Of a DNA stretch of 64,000 nucleotides, positions 1 to 9,098 are shown in pieces. Each line of letters begins with the position of its first letter. Position 1 is the stretch's first letter. Source of the stretch: Acidimicrobiales bacterium (GTDB lineage Bacteria > Actinomycetota > Acidimicrobiia > Acidimicrobiales > AC-14). A program made the position numbers and the translations under genes. Below the pieces are notes generated by a model. The model had not been told where the DNA came from and did no database searches. It saw nothing but the letters and a program-made list of their open reading frames with translations. Location: contig JBPCJQ010000031.1 in NCBI GenBank assembly GCA_051005135.1, positions 8,644 to 72,643 on the forward strand, written 5' to 3'.

Positions 1-159
1 TCAGTATTAATTGGAATCGCGACCGCGTTCCTGGTCCTCGTGCTGTTCGCCCTCCTCGGAGTTCCGTCCATCGGCCCGGCGGAGATACTCCTGGTGGCCT
101 TCGTCGCGATAACCGTGGCCTGGGCATTCAGTCGCAGGCATCGCTCTTCGCCGGCTTAG
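1..159 (+). CDS. 3' end of a hydrophobic (membrane) protein entering from the left edge
   Basis: Frame 1 is open from base 1 to TAG 157-159. It reads ...[48 protein letters not shown], with two TM-like stretches and GC-rich third positions. There is no start inside the window, so it is absent from the ORF track. Confidence 0.4.
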   Translation, partial: SVLIGIATAFLVLVLFALLGVPSIGPAEILLVAFVAITVAWAFSRRHRSSPA

Positions 160-305
160 GCCGACACGCATGGGAGTACGCACAAGGTGGGCAGGTCGCC
201 TTTTTCGGGCCTGTCCAACCTTTGATGAAACTGAGCCATTCACGACCAACGTGGCGGCTGCCGCAGGTACCCGGTGTTCAGGTGGCAAGCCTGTACCGTC
301 GTGGG

Positions 306-965
306 GTGTTCGTGAAGATCTGTGGTACCACCAGCGAGGAGGACGCCCTGCTGGCGGTGGCCATGGGAGCCGACGCGGTGGGTTTCATCTTCGCCCCGTC
401 GCCCCGCCAGGTGTCACCTTCCCGGGCGGGCGACATCGTCAAGCGCCTGCCTCGCGAGGTCATCACCGTGGGTGTCTTCCGCGACGAGGTACCGGCCAAG
501 GTGGTGGAGGTTGTCAACACCCTCGGGTTGCGGGCTGCCCAGCTCCATGGCCACGAGTCGGCCGAGCAGGCCCGATGGGTGCGCGCCCGGGTGCCGTTCG
601 CCATCCAGGCCTTCCCGGCCGGGAGCGCGGCGGCGGCGTCGGCGGCCGACTACGGGGTCGACGCCGTGATGATCGACGCCCCCGGGCCGGGCTCCGGGCA
701 GGTGTTCGACTGGCGGCTTGCCGACGGAGTACCCGACGGCATGCGCCTGGTGCTGGCCGGTGGCCTCACGCCCGACAACGTGGCCGAGGCCATCGCCCGC
801 GTGCACCCGTGGGGGGTCGACGTGGCCAGCGGGGTCGAGACGGCACCGGGCCGCAAGGACCCCCTGCTGGTGAAGGCGTTCGTGGCCGCGGCCAAGGCGG
901 CCGCGCCCGACGACTACGACCCAACTGGCCTCGGCCCCTACGACTGGCAGGAGGCGGGGTCGTGA
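306..965 (+). CDS. trpF: phosphoribosylanthranilate isomerase
   Basis: ORF 222..965. TrpF-like VFVKICGTT...GADAVGFIF...LAGGL...GVDVASGVE. Start is uncertain (222/225/282/306); GTG 306 gives the usual short N-terminus. The stop overlaps the trpB start (GTGA). Confidence 0.85.
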   Translation: MFVKICGTTSEEDALLAVAMGADAVGFIFAPSPRQVSPSRAGDIVKRLPREVITVGVFRDEVPAKVVEVVNTLGLRAAQLHGHESAEQARWVRARVPFAIQAFPAGSAAAASAADYGVDAVMIDAPGPGSGQVFDWRLADGVPDGMRLVLAGGLTPDNVAEAIARVHPWGVDVASGVETAPGRKDPLLVKAFVAAAKAAAPDDYDPTGLGPYDWQEAGS

Positions 966-2164
966 CTCTAGAGACTCCCTCGCTCATGGCCGAGCCCGGG
1001 CCCCGGGGGCGGTTTGGTGACTTCGGCGGCCGCTACCTCCCCGAGTCGCTGGAGCCGGCCTGTGGCGAGCTGGAGGTGGCCTTTGCCGCGGCCTGGGCCG
1101 ATCCTGGTTTTCACGCCGAGTACGAGGCGCTGCTCCGCGACTACGGCGGGCGGCCAACGCCCGTTACCGAGTGCCACCGCCTGTCGGAGCGTCTCGGGGT
1201 GAGGCTGCTGCTCAAGCGGGAGGACCTGGCTCACACCGGCTCCCACAAGCTCAACAACGTGATCGGCCAGACCCTGCTGGCCCGGCGCATGGGCAAACAC
1301 CGGATGATCGCCGAGACAGGGGCGGGCCAGCACGGGGTGGCCACGGCCACCGCTGCCGCGCTGTTCGGGTTCGACTGCACCGTGTACATGGGCGAGGTCG
1401 ACGTCGAGCGCCAGGCCCTCAACGTCTTCCGCATGCGCCTGCTTGGCTCCAACGTGGTGCCGGTGGCGTCGGGGAGCCGGACGCTCAAGGACGCCATCAA
1501 CGAGGCCCTGCGCGACTGGGTGGCCAGCGTGGAGACAACCCATTACTGCCTGGGTTCGGTGATGGGCCCTCATCCGTACCCGTGGATGGTGCGCGAGCTG
1601 CAGCGGGTGATCGGCATCGAGGCCCGGGCCCAGTGCCAGTCGATCCTCGCAGGCGGCGACCCCGACGTGGTGGTCGCCTGCGTGGGGGGCGGATCGAACG
1701 CCGCCGGGATCTTCTCCGGCTTCGTCGACACCGACGCCCGGCTGGTCGGCGTCGAGCCGGCCGGCGGGGCAGCCATCGGCCGGGGCATACCCGGGGTGGT
1801 GCACGGCTCGAAGTCGTTCCTGCTCCAGGACGAGCATGGCCAGGTCAGGGAGGCGCAGTCGATCTCCGCCGGCCTCGACTACCCGGGTGTGGGGCCCGAG
1901 CACGCCCACCTGGCCGCGCTGGGCAGGGCCACCTACCACAGCGCGGGCGACGACGAGGTGGTTTCCGCTTTTCGCCTCCTGAGCGAGACCGAGGGCATCA
2001 TCCCCGCCCTGGAGCCGGCCCACGCCCTGGCCTGGCTGAAGCGGGCCGCCGCCTCCGGCGAGGTAGCTCCCGGCGCCACCGTGCTCGTCTGTTTGTCGGG
2101 GCGGGGAGACAAGGACGTCGCCCAGGTGATGGACCTGGTCGGCGACCTGGCCGACCGCCGGTGA
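962..2164 (+). CDS. trpB: tryptophan synthase beta chain
   Basis: 3' part of ORF 170..2164. [19 protein letters not shown] (PLP lysine), [11 protein letters not shown] 962 overlaps the trpF stop. The upstream 5' extension is Arg/Gly junk. Confidence 0.95.
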   Translation: MTLETPSLMAEPGPRGRFGDFGGRYLPESLEPACGELEVAFAAAWADPGFHAEYEALLRDYGGRPTPVTECHRLSERLGVRLLLKREDLAHTGSHKLNNVIGQTLLARRMGKHRMIAETGAGQHGVATATAAALFGFDCTVYMGEVDVERQALNVFRMRLLGSNVVPVASGSRTLKDAINEALRDWVASVETTHYCLGSVMGPHPYPWMVRELQRVIGIEARAQCQSILAGGDPDVVVACVGGGSNAAGIFSGFVDTDARLVGVEPAGGAAIGRGIPGVVHGSKSFLLQDEHGQVREAQSISAGLDYPGVGPEHAHLAALGRATYHSAGDDEVVSAFRLLSETEGIIPALEPAHALAWLKRAAASGEVAPGATVLVCLSGRGDKDVAQVMDLVGDLADRR

Positions 2165-2958
2165 CGATCACCCCTCTGGAGACGCACCTGCGGGCCCGGC
2201 GCGACGCCGGGCACAAGCTGCTCGTGCCTTATGTCACCGGCGGGCTGGGCCCCGACTGGCTCGACGTGGTGCGGGCGGTGGCGGCCGCGGGGGCCGACGC
2301 GGTGGAGGTGGGTATCCCGTTCTCCGATCCGGTGATGGACGGCCCCGTGATCCAGGAGGCGTCGGCGCGGGCCCTAGCCGGCGGCGCCACCCCGGGGGGG
2401 CTGGTGGCGGCCCTCGCCAAGGCCGACGTGGACGTGCCCCTCGTAGTCATGACCTACTACAACGTGGTGTTCCGGTCGGGGCACCGCCGCTTCGCCCGCT
2501 CGCTGGCCGAATCGGGCGTCGCCGGGGCTATCCTGCCCGACCTTCCGCTGGAGGAGCTGGGCCATTGGTCGCGCGCTGCCGATGATGCCGGAGTGGACAC
2601 CATCCTGCTGGCCGCCCCCACCACGCCCGACGACCGCCTCCTGGCCCTGTGCGAGCGGTCCCGGGGGTGGGTCTACGGCGTGGGTCTGATGGGCGTCACC
2701 GGCGAGCGCTCGGCCGTGGCCGACTCGACCGCACAGATGGGCCGGCGCTTGAAGGCGGTCACCGACCGCCCCGTGCTCATAGGCGTCGGCGTGTCCACGC
2801 CCGACCAGGCGGTGGCGGCCGCAGCATCGGCCGACGGGGTCATCGTGGGGTCGGCCCTCGTCCGCCGCCTGCTCGAGGGAGCAGGGCCCGAGGGAGCGGC
2901 CGCCTTCGTGGCCGAGCTGCGGGCCGCCCTCGACACCCGTCCCGACACCGCGATGTAA
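2161..2958 (+). CDS. trpA: tryptophan synthase alpha chain
   Basis: 3' part of ORF 1171..2958. LVPYVTGG...[17 protein letters not shown]...GVSTP. GTG 2161 overlaps the trpB stop (GTGA). Confidence 0.93.
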   Translation: MTITPLETHLRARRDAGHKLLVPYVTGGLGPDWLDVVRAVAAAGADAVEVGIPFSDPVMDGPVIQEASARALAGGATPGGLVAALAKADVDVPLVVMTYYNVVFRSGHRRFARSLAESGVAGAILPDLPLEELGHWSRAADDAGVDTILLAAPTTPDDRLLALCERSRGWVYGVGLMGVTGERSAVADSTAQMGRRLKAVTDRPVLIGVGVSTPDQAVAAAASADGVIVGSALVRRLLEGAGPEGAAAFVAELRAALDTRPDTAM

Positions 2959-3024
2959 CCCTGCGGCCACCCGGGGGGTCGTAGTCGTCACAGCTCCGGT
3001 GACGGGGTCCGAGGACGGGGGAGA

Positions 3025-3951
3025 GTGTTGGGACGAGCCGTTCTGTTCCCCGGTCAGGGGACCCAGGTGCCGGGGATGGGCAAGCCCTGGCGTGCCCATC
3101 CGGCCTGGGCCGTGGTCGAGCGGGCAGAGGCGGCGGTGGGCGAGCCCCTGGGCGAGCTGCTGCTGGAGGCGGACGAGAAGCGCCTGGCCCGCACCCGCGA
3201 AGCCCAGCTGGCGGTGATGCTCACGTCGCTCATGGCTTGGGAGGCCGTTCGGCAATCGGTGGGCGAGCCGGTGGCCATGGCCGGCCACTCCCTGGGCCAG
3301 ATCACTGCCCTGGTGGCTTCCGGCGCGCTTGCCCTCGACGAAGGCGTGCGCCTGGCGGCCCGGCGGGCGGAGTGCACTCAGGCCGCCGCCGACGCCACCG
3401 GCGGTCGCATGGCGGCCCTGATGGGCGCCACCGTCGACCAGGCACAGGAGGCATGCCGGCCCTCGCCGGGTTCGCAACAGCAGTGCTGGGTCGCCAACGA
3501 CAACGCTCCCGGCCAGGTGGTGGTGGGCGGTACACCAGACGGCCTCGATGCCGCCGCCGCCCGCGCCAGGGAGCTCGGTGTGCGCAGGGTGGTGCCTCTG
3601 AACGTCGGCGGGGCGTTCCACACCCCTCTCATGGACTCGGCCTTCGAGGCTCTCCTTCCCGCCCTGGCCGAGGCTGATTTCAGGGCACCCGCCTGGCCCG
3701 TCGTTTCCAACGTCGACGCCCGTCCCTACAACGACGCCGCCGGCTGGCCCACCCGCCTGGCTGACCATCTGGTGAGCCCCGTCCGCTGGCGCGAGACCAT
3801 GCTGACCCTCGTCTCCCTGGGTGCGACCTCGTTCCTCGAGGTCGGCCCAGGAACGGTGCTCGGCCGCTTGGCCCGCCGCACCGTCCCTGAACATTCCGTT
3901 GGCAGCGTTGCCGTCCCCGGCGACGTGGCCCCTCTCCTGGAGGTCGCATAG
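3025..3951 (+). CDS. fabD: malonyl-CoA:ACP transacylase
   Basis: FPGQGTQ...GHSLGQ (active-site Ser)...GAFHTPLM; 308 aa. Confidence 0.95.
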   Translation: MLGRAVLFPGQGTQVPGMGKPWRAHPAWAVVERAEAAVGEPLGELLLEADEKRLARTREAQLAVMLTSLMAWEAVRQSVGEPVAMAGHSLGQITALVASGALALDEGVRLAARRAECTQAAADATGGRMAALMGATVDQAQEACRPSPGSQQQCWVANDNAPGQVVVGGTPDGLDAAAARARELGVRRVVPLNVGGAFHTPLMDSAFEALLPALAEADFRAPAWPVVSNVDARPYNDAAGWPTRLADHLVSPVRWRETMLTLVSLGATSFLEVGPGTVLGRLARRTVPEHSVGSVAVPGDVAPLLEVA

Positions 3952-4247
3952 TGGACGTCGACCATGTCAAACCCGATGCGACAGAGATGAACGTGGCCCA
4001 CGGCGAGCGCCTGGTCGTTCCCGAGCGCGTCATCCTGGCGCCCATCGCCGGCCACTTCCGCCCGCTGCCGAGCGACGAGGCCGACGGGAGCGGCATCGCC
4101 GAGGAGCAGGTCATCGGCTTCGTGGAGGCGCAGGGCCGTTCGGCGCCTGTGCGGAGCCCCTTCGGGGGCCGGCTCATGGGGCTGCTGGCCCACGCCGGTG
4201 AACGGGTGCGAGAGGGCCAGCCCGTGGCGTGGCTGCGTCTCGCTTGA
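3951..4247 (+). CDS. small biotinyl/lipoyl-domain-like protein lacking the biotinylated lysine
   Basis: 98 aa. The C-terminal ~70 aa align to the BCCP biotinyl domain (APIAGHF.P.PS...VIGFVEA....V.SP.GG.L......G..V.EGQPVAWL). The EAMKM motif is EAQGR here. One-nt overlap with the fabD stop (TAGTG). Confidence 0.7.
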   Translation: MDVDHVKPDATEMNVAHGERLVVPERVILAPIAGHFRPLPSDEADGSGIAEEQVIGFVEAQGRSAPVRSPFGGRLMGLLAHAGERVREGQPVAWLRLA

Positions 4248-4312
4248 GCGAGGGTTCGGCCCCGCCCCCGCCCGCCCACCGCTTCCGCCCCGCCCCTGGT
4301 GGGGGAGCGGCG

Positions 4313-5311
4313 GTGGCCGGCTGGGGCATCGCCCTGCCCGAGCGGCGGGTCACCAACGACGAGCTGGCCCAGCATGTCGACACCAGCGACGCCTGGATCG
4401 TGGATCGCACCGGCATACGAGAGCGGCGGGTGGCCGGCCCGGGGGAGACGACGGCCTCCATGGCGGCTGAGGCGGGGGCGGCAGCCATCAAGTCGGCTGA
4501 CCTCAGCACCGCCGAGATCGGGTGCTGCATCGTGGCCACCTGCACGCCGGAGCAACCCATTCCCGCCACTGCGGCCTTTGTGCAGGACGCGCTGGGCCTG
4601 CGCTGCGGCGCGTTCGACCTGGACGCCGCGTGCGCGGGCTTCGTGTACGCCCTGGTGGTGGGGGCGGGCCTGCTGTCCACGGGCGGGCTCGACGCGGTGC
4701 TGGTGATCGGATCGGAGACCCTTTCCCGGGTCGCCGACCCTGACGACCGGTCCACCTGCGTGCTCTTCGGCGATGGTGCTGGCGCGCTCGTGCTCGAGCG
4801 CGACGACCTGGTGCCCAGGGCCGCCACCGAGGCCCGCGGGCCCGAGGGTGGGGGCCTGCTGGCATGGGACCTGGGCTGTGACGGCTCGGCCGCTGGGTTG
4901 CTGTTCGTGCCCGCGGGGGGAAGCCGCATGCCCACCACCGCGGCAACCGTGGCCGACGGCCAGCATTGGTTGAAGATGGAGGGCCAGGAGGTGTTCCGCC
5001 GGGCGGTGCGCACCATCGTCGACTCGGCGGGGGCCACGCTGGGACAGGCCGGCATCGGGCCTAGCGATGTCGACCTGTTCGTTCCCCACCAGGCCAATTC
5101 CCGCATCATCGACGCCGCGGCCACCCGGCTCGGCATCCCCTCGGAGCGCACGTTCGTGAACATTGACCGCTACGGCAACACATCGGCGGCGTCGATCCCC
5201 ATCGCCCTGGCCGAAGCGGCCGAGGGCGGCCGCCTGCACCGGGGCGACCTGGTGCTGATCTCGGGCTTCGGCGCCGGCATGTCGTGGGCCAGCGCCCTGC
5301 TCCGTTGGTGA
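4313..5311 (+). CDS. fabH: 3-oxoacyl-ACP synthase III
   Basis: ORF 4229..5311. GWGIALPERRVTNDEL...DRTGIRERR...AACAGF...HQAN...GNTSAAS. GTG 4313 is preceded by GGGGGAG; an alternative TTG 4244 overlaps the upstream stop. Confidence 0.93.
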   Translation: MAGWGIALPERRVTNDELAQHVDTSDAWIVDRTGIRERRVAGPGETTASMAAEAGAAAIKSADLSTAEIGCCIVATCTPEQPIPATAAFVQDALGLRCGAFDLDAACAGFVYALVVGAGLLSTGGLDAVLVIGSETLSRVADPDDRSTCVLFGDGAGALVLERDDLVPRAATEARGPEGGGLLAWDLGCDGSAAGLLFVPAGGSRMPTTAATVADGQHWLKMEGQEVFRRAVRTIVDSAGATLGQAGIGPSDVDLFVPHQANSRIIDAAATRLGIPSERTFVNIDRYGNTSAASIPIALAEAAEGGRLHRGDLVLISGFGAGMSWASALLRW

Positions 5312-6054
5312 GCGCGGCACGGGTCGCTGTCGTCACCGGCGCGTCGCGCGGTATCGGCAGGGCGTGTGCCCTGGCCCTGGCCGAGTCGGGTCACAGGGTG
5401 GGCCTGTGCTACGCCTCCGACGAGGAAGGTGCGGAGCAGACCCGCACCGCGGTCGAGGCCGGTGGGGGAGGGGCCCTTGCGGTGCGGGCCGACGTGGCCG
5501 ACCCCGCCGCGGTCGACGCCCTGTTCGCCGAGGTAGAGGCCACCTTCGGCCGGGTGGAGGTACTGGTGGCCAACGCGGGCATCAACCGCGATGGTCTCCT
5601 CCTGCGGATGGGAGACGAGGCTTGGGGAGCGGTGCTGCGGACCAACCTCGACGGGGCCTTCCACGCCGTGCGCCGAGCGGCACCGGGCATGGTGCGGGCC
5701 CGGTTCGGGCGCATCGTCACCGTGGGCTCGGTGGTGGGCCAGTCGGGAGCCGCCGGCCAGGTGAACTACGCAGCCGCCAAGGCCGGCCTGATCGGGCTCA
5801 CCCGAGCGGTGGCCCGCGAGCTAGGGAGCCGTAACGTGACCGCCAATCTGGTGGCGCCGGGCCCTATCACCACCGCCATGACCGACGCCCTCAGCGACGA
5901 CCAGCGCTCGGCCATGGCCGACGCCGTGCCCCTGGGCCGGTTCGGCACTGCCGAGGAGGTGGCCGCGGTGGTGGCCTTCCTGTGCTCCGACGCCGCCGCT
6001 TATGTCACCGGCGCGGTGGTGCCCGTCGACGGCGGCCTGGGCATGGGCCACTAA
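5308..6054 (+). CDS. fabG: 3-oxoacyl-ACP reductase (SDR)
   Basis: VAVVTGASRGIG...NAGI...YAAAKAG. GTG 5308 overlaps the fabH stop (GTGA). Confidence 0.92.
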   Translation: MSAARVAVVTGASRGIGRACALALAESGHRVGLCYASDEEGAEQTRTAVEAGGGGALAVRADVADPAAVDALFAEVEATFGRVEVLVANAGINRDGLLLRMGDEAWGAVLRTNLDGAFHAVRRAAPGMVRARFGRIVTVGSVVGQSGAAGQVNYAAAKAGLIGLTRAVARELGSRNVTANLVAPGPITTAMTDALSDDQRSAMADAVPLGRFGTAEEVAAVVAFLCSDAAAYVTGAVVPVDGGLGMGH

Positions 6055-6093
6055 GGGACCATCATTGACCAGTAACGTTGAACCCGGATGAGA

Positions 6094-6122
6094 GGTCACA
6101 GGCCCTGTGACCGAACCGGTTC
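6094..6122. promoter_or_regulatory. two adjacent perfect palindromes in the fabG-acpP spacer (candidate operator or processing hairpin)
   Basis: GGTCACAGG-C-CCTGTGACC (6094-6112) is followed directly by GAACCGGTTC (6113-6122), about 25 nt upstream of the acpP start. Confidence 0.4.
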
Positions 6123-6146
6123 CGCTCGAGTAAGGACGTGAGACGG

Positions 6147-6428
6147 ATGGACCGCCCCGAAGTGCTCGCCAAGATCGCCGACGCCGCAGTGGAGGTGCTC
6201 GGCGTGGAGCGTGATCTCGTCACCGAGACGGCCAGCTTCAAGGACGACCTCGATGCCGACAGCCTCGACCTGGTCGAGTTCGTGATGGCCATCGAGGAGG
6301 AGTTCAACGTCTCCATACCCGAGGACCGCCTCGAGGGCATCGGCACCGTGGGCGAGGCCGCCAACCTGGTGATGGCCGCAGCCGAAGAGGCCCAGTCCCA
6401 GGCGGCGGGATCAGGGACCACCGGGTGA
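6147..6428 (+). CDS. acpP: acyl carrier protein
   Basis: DDLDADSLDLVEFVMAIEEEF (DSL phosphopantetheine site). ATG 6147 lies 10 nt after AAGGA; the ORF track starts at GTG 6138. Confidence 0.95.
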   Translation: MDRPEVLAKIADAAVEVLGVERDLVTETASFKDDLDADSLDLVEFVMAIEEEFNVSIPEDRLEGIGTVGEAANLVMAAAEEAQSQAAGSGTTG

Positions 6429-7681
6429 GCGAGGTGGCCCGGCACCGGGTGGCGGTCACTGGGCTGGGGGTCAAGTCACCGGCGGGGTGCGACCTCGACA
6501 GCTTCTGGTCGACGCTCGTCGCCGGGCGCTCGTGCGCGGCGATGATCCGCCGCATCGACGTGTCCGCCCTGCCCGTGCGGTTCGCCTGCGAGATGCCCGA
6601 CTGGGACCCCGAGCCCTACCTCGGCTACAAGGAGGCCCGGCGCACCGATCGGGTGGCCCAGATCGGCTTCGCCGCCGCCGCCGACGCCGCCGCCAGTGCC
6701 GGTGACCTCGTTACCGACCCGGCCCGCTGCGGAGTGGTGTGCGGCACCGGCGTGGGTGGGCTCATCACCCAGGAGGAGCAGGAGCAGGAGCTGTTCAGCC
6801 GAGGGCCGTCGCGCGTCTCGCCTTTCCTCGTGCCCATGATGATGGCCAACGCCACCGCCGCCCTGGTGGCCATGAAGCTGGGCTGGACGGGGCCCAACTT
6901 CTGTATCGCCACCGCCTGCACCGCCGGCACCCACGCCCTGGGCGAGGCCGCCCGCCTGGTCCGAGACGGCAGCGCCGACGTGGTGCTGGCGGGTGGCACC
7001 GAGGCCTGCCTCACGCCGATCGCCCTGGCATCGTTCGCCCGCATGGGTGCATTGTCGGCGCGCAACTCCGAGCCCGAGCTGGCCTCACGCCCCTTCGACA
7101 CCGGGCGCGACGGCTTCGTGATCGGCGAGGGGGCGGCCTTCGTAGTGCTGGAGCGCTGGGACCGGGCCGAGAGCAGGGGCGCCTGCATCTGGGGCGAGGT
7201 TGCCGGCTACGGCCGTAACGCCGACGCTTATCACGTGACTGCCCCGTCGCCCGGCGGCGTGGGCGCGGCGGCGTGCATGGAGCTGGCCCTGGCCGATGCG
7301 GGCATGAAGCCGTCGGAGATCGGCCATGTCAACGCCCACGGCACGTCCACCGAGCTCAACGACGCCGCTGAAGGCGAGGCCGTAGTCAAGGTGTTCGGTG
7401 AGGACGGGCCGCCCGTCACATCGGTGAAGGGGGCCATCGGCCACTTGATCGGCGCCGCCGGGGCGGTGGAGGCGGTGGCCTCGCTGCTGTCGATGCACCA
7501 CGGCGTGGTGCCGCCCACCGCCAACCACGACCACACCGATCCGCACCTGGCCATCGACGTGGTCGCCGGGTCGCCCCGGCCCCTCGCCCCCGCACCGGTC
7601 GTCTCCAACTCCTTCGGTTTCGGCGGCCACAACGCCTCGCTCGTCCTGACGCCGCCGCCTGACGGCGACCGGGCGGCATGA
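6425..7681 (+). CDS. fabF: 3-oxoacyl-ACP synthase II
   Basis: VAVTGLG...ATACTAG...NAHGTST...GHLIGAAG...NSFGFGGHN. GTG overlaps the acpP stop (GTGA). Confidence 0.95.
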   Translation: MSEVARHRVAVTGLGVKSPAGCDLDSFWSTLVAGRSCAAMIRRIDVSALPVRFACEMPDWDPEPYLGYKEARRTDRVAQIGFAAAADAAASAGDLVTDPARCGVVCGTGVGGLITQEEQEQELFSRGPSRVSPFLVPMMMANATAALVAMKLGWTGPNFCIATACTAGTHALGEAARLVRDGSADVVLAGGTEACLTPIALASFARMGALSARNSEPELASRPFDTGRDGFVIGEGAAFVVLERWDRAESRGACIWGEVAGYGRNADAYHVTAPSPGGVGAAACMELALADAGMKPSEIGHVNAHGTSTELNDAAEGEAVVKVFGEDGPPVTSVKGAIGHLIGAAGAVEAVASLLSMHHGVVPPTANHDHTDPHLAIDVVAGSPRPLAPAPVVSNSFGFGGHNASLVLTPPPDGDRAA

Positions 7682-9087
7682 GCGAGGCGCCCCTGCCCGT
7701 AGGGGGGGCGCCTTCCGTCCCGGTGGCGGCCGGTCGGGGAGGAGCCGTCAGCGCCTGTCTGGGCGACCTCGACGGCCGCCAGGTGGCGTGGTTCACCCTC
7801 GGTGGGGGCAAGCACCGGGGCGCCATCGGTGCCACCGAGGGCGAGGTGTTGGCACGCCTGGTGGGCCTGGCGATGGAGCTGGGCATTCCAGTGGTCGGCG
7901 AGCTGTCCACGTCGGGGGCCGACGTCTCCGAGGGGCTGCCCGCCCTGCATGCCTGGGGCCGGGTGGCCGCCCTGGTTAGTCAGGCGTCGGGGGCGGTACC
8001 CGTGGTCCTGTCGGTGGTCGGGCCGTGCGTGTCGGGCCCGGCCCTGCTCCTGGGAATGGCCGACCATGTGGTGATGACAGCCGATTCCTACGCCTACCTG
8101 TCCGGGCCGCAGGCCGTCACCGAGTTCACCGGTACGGCCACCAGCCGCCGGGCGCTGGGCGGGGCGGCCATGCACTCGACGGGCAGCGGCCTGGCGTCAC
8201 TTGTGGTCGAGGACCACCACGAGGCCCGAGGGGCGATTGGCGACCTGCTGTCCTACCTTCCCGGCAACTATCTCGAGGAGCCTCCTGTCAGTCGCTGCAC
8301 CGACCCGGTCGACCGGCCATGCCGGGCCGCCGCCGAGGCGGTGCCGTCGCGCGGCACGGCGTCCTACGACATGCGCGCCGTGGTCACCGACGTGGTGGAT
8401 CACGAGTCGTTCCTCGAGGTCAGAGCCGCAAGCGCGCCGAATGTGGTCACCGGCTACGGCCGTCTCGGGGGAGTGCCGATCGGTGTCGTCGCCAACCAGC
8501 CGTCGCAGAAGGCGGGCACCCTCGACATCGAAGCGTCACGCAAGGCGGCCCGCTTCGTGCAGGCCTGCGACGCCTTCGGGCTGGCCCTCGTTACCTTCGT
8601 CGACAGCCCCGGGTTCCAGCCGGGGCGGGAGATCGAGTGGCGGGGGATGATCCGCCACGGCGCCCAACTGGTGCACGCCTATGCCGCGGCCACGGTGCCC
8701 CGCCTGTGCGTGGTCGTCCGCAAGGCCTATGGAGGTGCCTACATCGTGATGGATTCCCGAGGGCTGGGAAACGACCTCTGCGTGTCATGGCCCACCGCCG
8801 AGATCGCGGTGATGGGGGCACCGGGGGCGGTAGCTGTCCTGCACGGCCGGCGCCTGGCTGCAGTCGACGACGAAGCCGACCGCCTGCGCCGCCAGGCCGA
8901 GCTGGAGGCCGAGTACGTCGAGCGCCACTGCACGCCGGCCGTGGCCGCGGAGCGGGGCTACATCGACGAGGTCATCGACCCCCATGACACCCGACGAGTG
9001 CTGTCGTCCGGGCTGGCCGCCCTGCGCACCAAGCGCGCCGCTCGCCCACGCGCCGTCACCGCCCGCCACACCAACTCACCCCTCTAG
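7678..9087 (+). CDS. acyl-CoA carboxylase carboxyltransferase (beta) subunit, AccD6-like
   Basis: 469 aa with two crotonase-like CT halves (..GPCVSGPALL.., ..VANQP...AGTLD...KAARFV..CDAF..P..TFVD.PGF..G...E..G.IRHGA...AY..ATVP...VV.RKAYGGAY). ATGA overlap with fabF. The position after the KAS gene mirrors mycobacterial accD6. Confidence 0.88.
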   Translation: MSEAPLPVGGAPSVPVAAGRGGAVSACLGDLDGRQVAWFTLGGGKHRGAIGATEGEVLARLVGLAMELGIPVVGELSTSGADVSEGLPALHAWGRVAALVSQASGAVPVVLSVVGPCVSGPALLLGMADHVVMTADSYAYLSGPQAVTEFTGTATSRRALGGAAMHSTGSGLASLVVEDHHEARGAIGDLLSYLPGNYLEEPPVSRCTDPVDRPCRAAAEAVPSRGTASYDMRAVVTDVVDHESFLEVRAASAPNVVTGYGRLGGVPIGVVANQPSQKAGTLDIEASRKAARFVQACDAFGLALVTFVDSPGFQPGREIEWRGMIRHGAQLVHAYAAATVPRLCVVVRKAYGGAYIVMDSRGLGNDLCVSWPTAEIAVMGAPGAVAVLHGRRLAAVDDEADRLRRQAELEAEYVERHCTPAVAAERGYIDEVIDPHDTRRVLSSGLAALRTKRAARPRAVTARHTNSPL

Positions 9088-9098
9088 AGGAATCGCTC

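Noticed and set aside
170-961. 5' extensions of track ORFs. Examples: trpB from 170, trpA from 1171, cbbS from 23780, ZnuC from 33301, FmdE from 39821, DppC from 35259, deacetylase from 10930, GT4 from 58744.
   Set aside because: The extensions are junk-like. They overlap the upstream gene, and internal starts with ATGA/GTGA/TTGA coupling or a good RBS give normal-length proteins.
3680-5320. Very long ORFs antisense to, or out of frame with, recognisable genes. Examples: 2374..3894(-), 3680..5320(-), 20053..22137(+), 22366..23961(-), 26866..28554(-), 47175..48869(+), 54832..56394(+), 57053..58597(+).
   Set aside because: Their products are Arg/Pro/Gly/Ala-rich low-complexity strings with no motifs. 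They overlap genes with unmistakable family signatures. Such stop-free shadow frames are expected in high-GC DNA.
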